Origin: Cladosporium halotolerans
Lineage: Eukaryota
Reading direction: 5' to 3'
Assembly: GCF_011745625.1 (NCBI RefSeq)
Contig: NW_027191457.1
Location: 310,001-374,000, forward strand
DNA: 64,000 bases
Shown: positions 23,804-36,473 of the stretch, piece after piece
Layout of the letters: every line of letters starts with the position of its first letter
How positions within the stretch are numbered: position 1 is the first letter of the stretch
Notes under the pieces: generated by a model
What the model was told of the DNA's origin: nothing
The model's database searches: none
The model's input: the letters and a program-made list of their open reading frames with translations, nothing else
Translations under genes and position numbers: made by a program

Positions 23804-25102
23804 ATGGCCGAATCATTCACGCTGTCTCCTCGAGGGCTGGCTCTTGCGTCTCAGCCCTCTTTCCGAGCTTTCGCCACGCCCGTGTTGCAAAACTTGTACG
23901 ACCGGACGAATAGTCCGAATGGCAACATCAATATGGGAGCTGCTGAGAACTATCCCATGCTCCAATCTGTGGCTGACTTCACCAACTCCCGCGTCAAAGC
24001 AACGCCCAATTCATTCTCCTACGACGAAGGCGCCTGGGGAAGCCTTCGTCTTCGTGCTGCTATGGCAAGACACATGAACCGCTTTTTCGAACCCGTTGAG
24101 GAGATCAAGCCTGATGATTTACTAGTAGCCAACGGATGTATGAGTCTTTGCGAAATGCTGGGCTTCTCCATCTTCTCCCCAGGCCATGGCATCCTTCTAT
24201 CTCGCCCGTGCTACTCAGCGTTCGAATCAGATTTCGGCACCCGCGCGGGCGTCAAATGCGTCTACGCCTCCTTTAACAGCGAAGACCAGTTCTCTCCCAA
24301 TGGTGCAGTGAAAGGATACGAGCAAGCGCTCGAACAGGCCGAAAGCGAGGGCACCAAAATCCGCGCCCTTCTCCTCTGCCACCCGCACAATCCACTAGGG
24401 CAATGCTATCCAGCCGAAACCCTCATTGAGCTTATGCGATTCTGCAACCAGCGAGGCATCCATCTGATCAGCGATGAAATCTACGCCCTCTCAACCTACG
24501 AGATCAACGATCCAAATGCCGCACCAACAGTGCCATTTCGCAGCATCCTCACGATTCCCAACATCGTCTCGCACATCGACCCCGCCCTTCTGCACGTTCT
24601 CTACGGCATGAGCAAAGACCTCGCGGCCGGTGGCCTGCGCATCGGCACCTTCTACACGCGCAACAGCGAGCTGTGGCGGTGCTTGAGCGCCATGAATCAG
24701 TTCCACTGGGTTCCTGGACCGGCGGACGCTATTGCTACTGCGATGTTGGAAGATGAGGCGTGGATCGATGGGTTTATAGCTCAATCGCGGCAGAAGCTCG
24801 GCGAGACGAGCGCCTTGGCGAGGGAGATGCTGCGCGAGAAGGGCATTCCGTTCTGGGAAGGAAGCAGGGCGGGATTCTTTCTATGGGTTGATCTGCGCGC
24901 GTGGTTGGTGAAGATGGGAAAGCAAGATCCGTGGGCGGCTGAGAGAGCGATCAATGACGCGTTCGCGAAGGCCGGGGTATATTTGACTTCAGGTGAGAGC
25001 ATGCGTGCGGAGGAGGCAGGTTGGTTCAGAATTGTGACTAGCTTTGATGAAGAGACGCTGAAAAGGGGTATGGGGAGGGTGTTCAAGGCTTTGGGCATCT
25101 GA
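23804..25102 (+). CDS. PLP-dependent class I/II aminotransferase, ACC-synthase-like
   Basis: Motifs NMGAAEN, HPHNPLG, ISDEIYA, the PLP lysine in YGMSKDLAAGGLRIG, AGFFLWVDL and GWFRI. First ATG at 23804. Confidence 0.88.
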   Translation: MAESFTLSPRGLALASQPSFRAFATPVLQNLYDRTNSPNGNINMGAAENYPMLQSVADFTNSRVKATPNSFSYDEGAWGSLRLRAAMARHMNRFFEPVEEIKPDDLLVANGCMSLCEMLGFSIFSPGHGILLSRPCYSAFESDFGTRAGVKCVYASFNSEDQFSPNGAVKGYEQALEQAESEGTKIRALLLCHPHNPLGQCYPAETLIELMRFCNQRGIHLISDEIYALSTYEINDPNAAPTVPFRSILTIPNIVSHIDPALLHVLYGMSKDLAAGGLRIGTFYTRNSELWRCLSAMNQFHWVPGPADAIATAMLEDEAWIDGFIAQSRQKLGETSALAREMLREKGIPFWEGSRAGFFLWVDLRAWLVKMGKQDPWAAERAINDAFAKAGVYLTSGESMRAEEAGWFRIVTSFDEETLKRGMGRVFKALGI

Positions 25103-26504
25103 AGTCGGTTCCCGTTTGTGAGATGTTCTAAAAGTCCAAGATAAAGTATAGACGGTACAAATGAAGAATCGAAAGGCAACGGTACCACATCTCAACAAAA
25201 AAAAATTGAACACAGCGTGCTATCGTATCTCTGTTAGGGTAGCTGGTATATTTACAGGACACGCTTCTCAACCTAGGTGATTTGATGTTAGCCTGTGCCC
25301 AGACGGCGAAAGTGGGATTTTGAGATGCCAACTTACCCTCCAGCCATTGCTCAGCTCGAAACCTGCGGGCGCTACAGCCTGGTCTGTCTGTCCACGCAGA
25401 TATCCTGTAAGACGGCGGTCGCGGTCCATCACTGCGAAGACATGTCAGCCAATTGCGCCGCAATCTCTGCGCTCTCGAACCCGGCCGGTTTCACGTAGTT
25501 TCGCAAAATTCCATGCTCATGTCTACGCTGCTTTCCATGCTTTTAGGATGTCACGTACTCTGCCTGTCCCACTGGTCCACCGAGTGCCTCGGCCTCTTGC
25601 CGCCGTTCTGCATGTTCTTGATCTTCGAGAGACCAGCGCCGGAGACGCCGAAGAACTAGAATTCCCGCATTTTAGTATCGCTATCGCATCGTCTGTAGAG
25701 GGTTCTCGTGTGTCGCGGCAGCACTTACGGCAAGCTGTGAGGGACGGTCAGCAGTCATTCTCAGGCGGCGGCGGGACATGCGCGCAGCTTACCATGATCC
25801 CATAGGGGATGAGGGCCTCGAAGGGGACGCCCATGATCGCGGTGGGCTATTCGGTGTGTTCTGAGAGGGGAGATTGGGGTGTTGGTGCGGTCCGCGACCT
25901 TCAATGCTCGCTGACGAGGTGTAGTCGGAGGATTGGTTCGAGCGGGACTTCCCGCCTGGCAGCTTCCCAGACTCCACGACGTCGGCGCCGTAGGGGCGGA
26001 CGGGCATGTTACAAATCAACCACTCGACAGACAGACATCACGATTATTGCATTACTGTCGCATCGCTGCGAAGAGCTCCTCAAAATTCGAAAATACCTGC
26101 CGACTCCCTCGTTGCGACCACCAGCCGCGATCTTGGCTTGAGCTGCTGATTGCCGCGACCGGCGCGCCTCCACAACACGAACGCGTGCCCCTTCCGCCAG
26201 CACCTACGCGCGATCCATTTACAAACGACATCCTACACGTAATTACAGAAAAAGAAGACGCGATCACGAACAAAAGCAACGACACAACACTGCCGAGAGC
26301 ACGGACCGCGTGCAGCCAGGGGACAGTCACGTGGAACGCGTGGGAGCGTGCAAGTGAGCGGATGCGCTTCATCATATCGTGAGAGAGGGCTGTGCCGCTG
26401 CTCAGGCACCGGGCAAGCTGGCTACAATCGCGGTGTCACGCCTGGCGCTGACACCGAACAAGTTGCGCGGACGCGGCGTGCAGTACAGCCCGCGCACACG
26501 CAAC

Positions 26505-29500
26505 ATGGCACGCGAGCCCACAGAAGAGCCAGAGGATGAGGTGGATGCTGAGAACGAGGCGGAGGACTCTGAGGCTGATGCTGAGGGCGAGGTGGAAGAT
26601 GACTCTGAGGCCGACGCCGAGGGTGAAGACGATGATGACGAGGAGGTCGTGGGCGCCGTAAAGACTAGGTCGCTGCGACGGAATAGCAGGAGAAACGCTC
26701 AAGAAGACGAAGATGATTCTGATGCCGAAGCGGGAGAAGATGACGACTCTGACTCGGATTCTTCGGGTTCTGGTGCAGAGAACGATTGGGAAGCTGCAGA
26801 CGAAGATGCGGCAGACGAGGTCGAGCTTCCAACCGCGGCGGGGGGTCAATGCACGTAAGTTCAATTGCAGGTCAGCATTCTTTGACGTTGGTACTGACTT
26901 GCTTTGCTAGATTTTGTGGTCAGGATGAAGAAAATGACCCAAGCGAAGAATTTGAAGAATGGCTCGCATGCGCGGTGTGTGACGATCATGGTAAGTACAT
27001 TTTCCATAGTGCATCAAAGAAACATGAAGGGATGGAGAAGCAACTGCAATATAAAGTCGAGAAATCCGGGGTTCCAAGCGCTGACTGACGCATTCGCAGC
27101 CCACCGCCAGTGTGCCCGGGATAACGACGCGCTTGCTTCCGAAGAAGGTACGTCAGTCTGCACATGTGGCAAGCTTCATGCTGCATGTGTTCTACCACAC
27201 CCCTTTGTTAAGCAAACAAGTCTAATTGACCATGACATTCCAGAAGTCAAGCACTGGCGTTGCAAAGATTGCGTCGCAAACGACCTCCAGCCGGATTCCA
27301 GACATGCCAGCCCGACGCGTGATCGCCGCCACTCGTCTGCCCCTAAGATGGCGCGCGACCTGTTCCCGGCGACGAGAGGCGGTATCAAGCCCGATTCGCA
27401 TTCAGTTTTCAACACTCTCATCCTAGACGAGGACCCCATGGACGGCTCACGCGCATTGCGCAAGCGGAAAACTCCTATGGACGACGAAGACGACGAACCA
27501 CGGCTAGCTGTGCGTAAGCGAAGGAAATCCAGCAACAACATGGAGAACGACGAACTAGCAATTGACGACGAGGTCCTTGTTGGCGGCGTCGATGGCGCAG
27601 ATGATGCCGGGTCGCCGCGGTCGCGATCTGGAAGGCCACAACGAAATCTCAAGAACCGTAGGAAGGGCATGCGCGTCGTGTCACAGACTGATGAGCCCCG
27701 CAGCTTGATTGTTGGCATCGCAGTGACAGCGGCACAGTGGGATGATATCGAACGAACCGTGCAGAAGAAGCAAAGGCGGCGTGAGCGCGACCGCCAACGT
27801 CGCGCTCGCAATGCACGGGCACGCGGCGGCACTATCGAGGTCGAAGAGACCCAACACTTTCCCGCCGTACAGACTTCGATGTACACCAACCCTTTCTATG
27901 CCTTCCCCGATCGCGAGACGGATGAGAATAAAGGCAAGCCGTACGGCGGCATCCTCACCGAAGCAGAAGCAGACACAGCAAAGACGTATCCACAAGACGC
28001 TGATCGTAAGGCCTTTTCTAATGCTCGCGAGAGAGCAGAGGAGAAATGGAAGGAAAAGGTTGCCAAAGCAAATGGCGAGACTCCTGCTCGGACGAAACAA
28101 CCCGGACTACCAAGCAAGATCAAATGCATCAACTTCGGCGGCTACGAGATCGACACTTGGCATGCCGCCCCCTATCCAGAAGAATACAGTCGAAACAAGC
28201 ACTTGTACATTTGCGAGTTCTGCCTCAAGTACATGAGCTCGGATTTCGTTGCATGGCGGCATAAGCTCAAGTGTTCAGCCAAACACCCTCCCGGAGACGA
28301 GATCTATCGGGACAACATTATCAACCCAGAAACCGGCGCCCACACAACCTTGTCTTTTTGGGAAGTGGATGGACGTCGGAACCCATTGTACTGCCAGAAC
28401 CTCTGTCTCCTTGCGAAGCTTTTCCTTGGCTCGAAGACACTTTACTACGACGTCGAGCCTTTTCTTTTCTATATCATGACCGAAAACGACGAGTTCGGCT
28501 GCCACTTCGTAGGTTACTTTTCGAAAGAGAAAAGAGGACCTACTCCTCCACCTCTTTTGGACACGGAGACCGCAGGCGATGACGATGAGGAACCTCAAGC
28601 CAATGGCGGCGCGGATCAACCAGCGTACAACAGTAGCACTGATCCTGCATTGTCCAGCCCAGGCAACAACGTGTCATGTATTCTGGTCCTTCCGGTGCAT
28701 ATGCGACGCGGTTTCGGCAGAGTGCTCATCGAATTCTCTTATCTCTTGACAAAACAGGAGCAGCGGACCGGTTCACCCGAAAAGCCACTTTCAGACATGG
28801 GCTTAGTCTCTTATCGCTCTTACTGGCGTACAGTCCTCTGCCGGCTGCTTCTACGCTACAAGGAAGAACAAGGTGGCAGCACTCAAATATCGATTGCGCA
28901 AATCGCACGGGAGACTGGAATGACACCAGACGACATCATCTCGACCCTGGAGGCACTGCGATTTCTCGTCCGCGATCCCATCACGAAGGCCTACGCCATG
29001 AGGCTCGACTACGACTACATGAAAGAGTATGTCGATAAGCACGACAAGAAGGCGACAATTCAGCTACACCAAGAACTGCTGCTCTGGACGGCCTACGTCA
29101 TGGGCAAGCCGACCAACTTGTTTGCCATGGGCGAAGAGGCTACGATCAATCAGCCCATGCAAACAGTAGCGCCGCGCACCGAGGCCATCGAACTCCCTAG
29201 AGAGCCAGAAGAAGGCGTGCAGCAATCGATGAAGGAGAACCTCGACGAAGAGGGTACCGATCAGGCCCAAAAAGACAGCGTCGAGGAGTCGACGGAAGGT
29301 GGCCTGCCCAATGGTAGCCCCGGCAAGAAGAGAGGCAAGAAATCTACGCCAGAAACGACCGAAAAGTCTGGCGACCAGCCCGCTTCGCCCACTCGCCGCA
29401 CGTCTCCTCGCAAGACGCCCAACGGCATCACACTCACAATCACAAACACCCGTCCACGCAGCCAGAGCCCCTATGACTCTTACGACTCCGGGTCGCAACT

Positions 29501-29936
29501 AACACCTTCGGACCTGATTCCGCCCACGCGCTTCGAAGTCTTCCCGCCCATACCTGGCGCGCAGAGCGCGGCTAAGCGACGGGCGGGGAGACCTGCGCGA
29601 AGCGGCAGAAGAAGTCACGCCAGTCCCTACCGCGCGACTCCAGTGCGCAGGAGCTCCGCCAGGCGTTCCACGCCAGCTACGCGTGAGACCGCAGGGAGGG
29701 AGTCGACGCGGAGGACGAGGAGCAAGCTCGGAGCAATAGCCGTCGCGGCTGACGAAGCAGACGCAGATGATGTCAAGGACGAGCACGAAGTAGCGGTGGA
29801 GGACGATGAGGAAGAAGACGCCGAGGGCGAGCCGGACGTGGAGATGGGAGATGCCGAGGGCGTCGACGACGACCACGACGAGGAAGACGACGACGCCCCG
29901 GGAGAGCCCGACGACGAGGAGATCAGGTACGAGTGA
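26505..29936 (+). CDS. SAS3: MYST-family histone acetyltransferase, Sas3-like, with N-terminal PHD finger
   Basis: Acidic N-terminus and a PHD finger assembled across three introns (CTFC...CAVCDDHAHRQC...WRCKDC). MYST motifs [40 protein letters not shown] and [11 protein letters not shown]. Confidence 0.9.
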
Positions 29937-30391
29937 ACTCGCGGGCTCCACCTCCCTGCAATTGCTTGTATCACTACTCTGCTGCTTAGCCGCTGCGTTT
30001 GTGCGGTGTGTGGGAATCTGGGGCGGACAGCTGTGCCCCGGCTGGAAATGGGGTCGGATAGTGTACCAACAGATTCAATTGTACCAAAGATTGGTGACCC
30101 AAGATTTCACACTGGCGGTCAAAGGGCTGCTAGGCAACCAGAGAATGATTGCTTTACTTTCCCTCCGCAAACGGCTTGACCCTTGCGGGCTCTCACCGCA
30201 ACGTCGTCTCATGACCCTGTTCCCATTCTTTGCTTCGAAGCGCTTCACTATTGTATGAAGTTATATCAAGTATAACATTCCAGGCCACAAGGCATCCATC
30301 CACTTCCAAGTCACGTTACAAAACGCCCCCCAGCCCTAACAGCCACCCAAAACACAACGGCCGCAATTTCAGCCTGAGCACTGCCCGAACT

Positions 30392-30421
30392 CACCTGCAC
30401 CTGCACCTGCGCCTGCGCCTG
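30392..30421. repeat. Hexamer microsatellite C(A/G)CCTG x5
   Basis: Read directly from the sequence. Confidence 0.7.
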
Positions 30422-32903
30422 TCGCTCTGCCGCCGCAGGGTGGAGTGCATATGCATATGCAGCTACGCAGCTCGCTCCCACGTTTCGGAGCAAACCTAGA
30501 TCCTCTTTTTCATGCAATAACGCATGTATACCTACTGTAGCCGGCGCAAGTCACTCCATGTACTCACTACTTGCCGTGCCTGCATTCGCGGCTTAACTCG
30601 ACCTCACTTGCTCGATGTGGACTGCTCGAGCGGCCGCCACATCGCTCACAACTACTATTGGTGCTCTCCATCAGGGCGCAGCGGCTTCTCCCTCGACTGA
30701 TCTCCTGGCACGACTCCCTTTCTCGGCGTTCGGCTTCACCCTTGCACTCGCGCGCGAAAAGAGGCGTCCAAGATTACGGAGTCCGGACGTTCATGTCGTC
30801 CTCTGCTCGTCGATGCTGATCGCAAGGTACGGGGAGGGAGGCCTCACATCAACTCACCAGGCCCTATAACGTCGATCGACGTATGATCTCCCTTGCGCCT
30901 GGCCGCTTACGTGCCGACCTGCTGAATGTACATGTGACGGACGGCAGGCCGGAAGGCGGCAGATGCGAGGCGCCAGTGGCTTGGGCCTGGACGTCTTGCG
31001 TGCGGAGCCGGAGGGTCTTGGAGGGCGGATTGGTGGAGGCGTTGCGGGTCGGTCGTGCGTGAGGCTATGAGCTCGCTCGCGCGTGGCGATGTGGAGGCCT
31101 GGCGCGAGGCGCGGAGCTGCGCGCGCGAAGAGCTGGAAGTGGCGGTTGTGGTGTCTCACACTGCTCGTGTGTGTATTTGCGACAGGGGAGCAGCGTTCGA
31201 TGTCTCTCGTCCCAGCCTCTTGCTCCTGAAGAGGGAGGTTCGTGACGCGAAAGGGGCGGCGGGAACTGATACGGGGTCCTGTGTTCGAGCGGAGTGTCGC
31301 GGAGGCGCGTTGGTGGCCTGTCTTCGTTGTTGCATGGCGGGAATGTGCGTCTTGTCTCGGCACCTGCCACGCGCTTCTGACGTGCGGCGCTCTCAGTCGT
31401 GATCGCAGTTAGAGTCGCTGAGCAGGATGATTCCAATTATTTCCCGCCACACGCTGCTATACCCCGATCAATATCCCGCACCATCAAAGCGGCACGAAGC
31501 CCATCATGCGATCTCGAACAAGTCCGTTCCGCTGAAGCCCAAGACGCCTTCGCCCCGTGACATGACCTGACAGCGGCGGGCATTCCGTTCTATATCACTC
31601 CGCTCATATGATCGACATCTGTGGCTGAAGCGGGACTCGCTGTCAAACACGAGTCATGAATCTTCGCGCCCGCCTCGTCCTGCCAGCCTCGAGTCAGCGC
31701 CCACAAGGCTGACAGCTTCGTTAAGGTTGCATGCGTTGGCCGCCGCCGCCGGCCCCAACTCAATCTGCAAATCGCGCAATCGCTCGGCTCGTCCGCACGG
31801 CTCGACTCCCCAAGCTTCTTCCAATGGCACCGCAATGCGAGGCCGCCGCGACGGCTGGCCTGACCAAGGACGCCACCACCATGACGAGCAAAAATACATT
31901 TCGCCCGCGGCACCGCGAGGCCATAACGCTGCGAGGAATGTCCCGCCCCCTCCCCCCTCCCCGATCATTCTCCAGCCCGAGAAACCCTCGCCGCGGCCGC
32001 CAACATCCGTACGCTACTAAGCAATGGCAAATCACCACTCCCTCGCAAAACGCTCAAACGTGCTGTGCGCACGCGCACCTCAGACCCTTTGCCGCTCTCT
32101 CTCCGCCAATATGCACGGCCGTTGCGCGCCTGCGCTCTCATGCCCGTGTGATGATGCTACAGTGGTACATCGCACGTCCCTCGGCCGTTGCGAACCACCT
32201 TGAATCCCGTGACAGCCGCGCATCCTGATTCCCCGCCACCGCGGGCTCTGGAGAAGGCCGTAGACGAGTCCAGGGGGGATCGTGGGGTGAGAGCTGGGCG
32301 ATGCCGCTCGGAGCCCTGGGGCGTGAAGTGCGGTGTGGTGCCGGCACGGAATTTCACGCAATGCATGGTTGACGACTGGGGAGGGGTTCTCGGTGCGAGT
32401 TTAGGCAGAAGTCCATGTGAGTAGTTCAGATCAGGTTTGCGTATCTGACGAGAAGACATAGCGTTGCAATTGCAGGTTGGAGAGATTCAGGCGAGGAAAA
32501 GACCATTTTTGAGGACTATACTATATTACACAAGCACTCAGGAAAACAACGCGGACTAAGAATAAGAATGAACAAACATCGACGAGCCCTGCGTAGACGC
32601 ACGCCGCAACTCCATCCGAATTACTCCTTCCCACCCATCCGTGCCCACGGGAAACAATCAGACGAAGAAGCCATGAACACCAGTAGCACCATGTCGACGC
32701 TCCGGCCGGCAGCAGCCGGATCGCACCGACTCTATATCTTCCCAAAGCATCGATAGCTTTTTCTTGCTCCATATCGCGCCTTCACTGTAAGGTATCGCCG
32801 GGATCCTAGTGGAGTGGTCCGCCCGGGACGCAGCAGTAGTGACATATTAATTCCGGTATTAGTACAAAAAGTGTCGAACGAATCAATCGAGCCAGGAAGG
32901 ATC

Positions 32904-34938
32904 CTAACCCCACGGCGGCTGCTGCTTGACGTGCGTTGGCGTCGGGTACGAGGCCTCGTCGTGCTGGTAGAAGTTCTGCGGCATGCCTTCGCCGAGCAGC
33001 ATGCTCGTGCTCGCGGGGACCTGGCCGCCCGGCAGCCCCGAGGAGTAGGGTACGTGGTCCAGGCTCGAGTGGTGGGCGTGGTGCGGCTGGGCAGCGGGCG
33101 CGCTGGGGTAGGTCGGCGAGGACTGGACGTAGGTTGCGGGCGCGTGCGTGTAGCCGCCGGAGAGGGCGGAGTAGTCGTGCGGCTGCTGCTGGCTCTGCAC
33201 GGGGGTGTGGGCGCCTGCGCCAGCGCCGACGGACATGGCGCTGCTGGTCGACGGCATGTAGTTCGTCTCATGGCCCGAGGGCAAGGCGGCGATGTCCGTC
33301 ATCGAGGTCGGGGTCTGGAGGCCTAAGAGATTCGGGTAGCTGTCCGAGCTCGTGCGTGACGTCGAGCCGTACTGGCCGCCGGATGGAGTTTGGTAGTTCC
33401 CGCTGTACGAACCGTAGTTCGTGCCCGTGGCCGCGCTGCCGTAGTAGCTGCTCATGGGTCTCGGGACGGAAGCTGTGCGGGGTGGTCCGTGCTCGCTGAT
33501 ATTGCCCAGGGTGGTGTTAGTTGGCAACGGCGATGGCCCGGGCTGTTGCAACGGGTTCTGGTATCCGCTGATGCTCGACAACGGCGGTGGGTATGCGCTG
33601 GTGCCTCTGATGTTGTAGCCTAGGCTTTGGTCGCCGTAGCCCATCGGCATGCGTTCTTGCGGGTCTTGCTTGAATTGTGGAAAGCTCTGTGACAGCGAGG
33701 CTCCACCATAGCCAGAGTAGCTCGTCCGGGGCATCTGCGTCGGTGGGTAGACGTTCTCGGCGAAATCGCTGTCAGATCGTTGTCGCTTGAGTGGTCGAGC
33801 GCTGTCAACATAGCGGTCGTTCTGTCCTGCTTGTGCGTAGGGCTCCTGGGATGCCTGGGGCTTCTGCGCTTGTGGCGGGCTGAACTTCTGGGAAAGCCCA
33901 CGTCTGTGTGCGCTGGGATGTCTCAGTCGTGTACCACTTGCCAGCGGAGGTCCGTGAACTTACGATGCGATTGATCGAGGCTCTTTTCGCAAGCGAAGGC
34001 GCACGCCTTGATCTGAGAAAGCTCGGGACAGATAGGACGACTCCTCCATCCCGTGAAAGTCTTTGGCGGCCACGACTGATCTCGAACGTTAGCCTTGCCA
34101 GCCACACAGCGCTAGGTCTGAGCTCACTCACCCTGAAATGGCTCTGAAACAACGTCCTTGATGAACGCAGCGTTCTCCGCAGCCCTGAATAGCGTCAACC
34201 TTGTGAAAACAGAGTGGATGGGGATCGGCGGACTCACTTGCTGACATCGTAGAGCGCAAACCGCAGCTTGTGCCAGCCAATTTTCCTGACTGACAGATCG
34301 CCGAAAATGAAAAAGCCGCCGTCTGTTGCAAGACCGATTGTTAGTGCCGGGTGATCAGGAGACGGTTTGCGGATCGATCGGTGACGCACCTTGATTGTCG
34401 ACGTCTTTCAGTCTGTGAAGGGAGGAGCAAAGCTGGCCCAGCATGGAGCCTGACTGCCGCTGCGGCACTTGCTCGGCCTGCTCATCGGCGTGTGGATTGT
34501 TGGGATCGTGAGGCAGCAGAGTTGCGTACATGAAAAAGTATGGGCTGACAAGGTAATGCCTGTGAGATGTCAGAAATTGATCTTGCAACACATTGTCATT
34601 GGAGAAACGAACTTGAACGGGTCGACATCAGGCCGAACCTTGATCTCTACGATAGGAGGAGGATCAATGGGTTTTCGTGCTGATCGAGTATTAGCTTGAT
34701 TGGTTGTGTGCTGACTTTCAGGACCGGAGACGTACACTTCTCTTTGCCATCGAGAGTCACCAGAGCCGATTGAGGCTGCTGGCGGACTTTGAGGCTCACA
34801 CATGAGCTAGGTGCCATCTTCATTAGTCCGGTGTTTTGAAGAGCTGAGCGCGAAAGTCCTCAGTCGCTGCGCGAAGCCTTACCTATCCAGCACTTGTTGG
34901 TGACCAGATCCGTACGGGAAGGTGCCAGGATAGGACAT
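32904..34938 (-). CDS. vosA: Velvet-domain regulator, VosA-like
   Basis: Multi-exon reconstruction gives LKVRQQP...[15 protein letters not shown] / [10 protein letters not shown]...[12 protein letters not shown] / [13 protein letters not shown] / [26 protein letters not shown], followed by a low-complexity S/Y/P/Q C-terminus. This velvet gene is not visible as a single ORF. Confidence 0.85.
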
Positions 34939-36385
34939 GGGACTGGAGCTGATTGCAAATGTGGTGTACTAGTCCGTATAGTGGAAGTCCGGTGGGTCTC
35001 GAGTTGAATGGATTGTAACTGTAAAAGTATGTCGAGGCCGAAACGACCGAACCAAAGTCGCGATTAGGTCTTGTGAAGGTTGCAAAGTGTGGTGCAAAAA
35101 GTCGATGGGAGGGAGAGCCGTGGGTGAAGGAGTTTAAGATAGTTCGGGTCAGAATGTAATGTCTCAGAAGACCACCGAGTGGCCTATCGCGTGAAGAGCG
35201 TGGTCCAGGCTCCGGGGGAACTAGCGTATACCGTCACCGGAACTTGGCTGATCGATTGAAAGACGCCCCTGTGGTAGTAGCGCCCGGCGCATTGGCAATT
35301 GATGATCGTCTGCTTCTGATACCCTGAGAATCGGGCTCTCCTTGAAGGCGTCTATGCGTGAACGGACAATCCAGCCGTTGGGCTTGGTCGACATAGAGCT
35401 ACGATCCTCAGTCGAAGCACAGTCGCGATTGCGCAAGGGCCACGCACGGCAAAGCGTTGTGAACCAGTCCTTCCTGCGGTGCCGTATGATGATCCAGGAA
35501 GGCGCGATAGATTGCGACAGTTGTAATCGTTGAAAGGTGGGTGCGCTCCTCAGCCGTCAAAATGCTGCGAATCGCAGGGACCCGTCACCTGCGCTGGTCA
35601 TCAATATGTCGAGACCGACACGAGGTGTCGTTGGAAGAAAGTTCGGCGGTAATGCGCAACTCTCCAGACGTGCGCAAGCCTTATGGTTGAAGGGACCTGG
35701 TAATCAGCTTTGGGTTCAAGGATGCCCCGGACGGCCCGGTGGTCGTCGACTGCTTAAGAGGTCCCACAGTCTGCGCCCGGTACTTCGTGAGAAGATGCCC
35801 GAGGAAGTAAAGTCAATGCGAAGGTGGTCGAGCGATGTGGGACGGCTGACGGGTGAGGCTTTGTAGGGCAACAGCAGACAGGTCGTGTCGCCACAGTGGA
35901 GCCGAGATATCTCACTGGGGATTCGACGGTCAAGTCTCGTGACTGCTGATGCCGCCTCGCAATAAGGTGAATGGCGTTATGGCTGCGAGTGTTGGCAGAC
36001 GTCGGCTCAAGGTTGCTCGCCGGCGGAACCGCGTACCGGCCAGCAGCGGCGACAACGGCCAGGCGTCTTCGTCAAGATCTGGCAACCCGTGCCCTTCCCC
36101 GCCGCACTACTCGGCGAGTCCACTCGAGCTCTCCAGAGCGGAAAAGCGTGTCTGGAATGAAGGCGTCTGCGAATTTTCGTTGGCCGTGGTCAGCGGAAGG
36201 TTAGGAGCTTGCCGGCTCGCTACCAGACTTGGGCCGCGAGGCCGTGGGGCATTCCTTGCAAAGCCGCGAGTAAGTGAACGCCGGACGAGCGTAGTGGATG
36301 GGCACCGCGAGGATGCGGCGGCTTATGGGCAGACGGATGGCAACAGTCGCGGAGGGCAGCGCGCGGCGTGGTGGTAAGCGTCGAG

Positions 36386-36473
36386 GACGGGCACGACGGG
36401 CACGACGGGCAAGGCCTGCGAAACCAACACGACCAGCACGACCAGCACGACCAGCAGGCCCAGCAGGCCCAGC
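36386..36473. repeat. Compound 9-bp tandem repeats (GACGGGCAC x3; GACCAGCAC / GCCCAGCAG x5-6)
   Basis: Read directly from the sequence. Confidence 0.7.

Noticed and set aside
29940..32900. Short ORFs between SAS3 and vosA, and similarly at 13800-16290, 23200-23470 and 60300-62400
   Set aside because: They show no domain similarity, codon bias or consistent exon chain that I could recognise.
34807..34882. Suspected phase conflict or complex intron in vosA intron 1
   Set aside because: On re-reading, the GTAAGG...CCTAG intron joins in frame ([14 protein letters not shown]), so it is ordinary.
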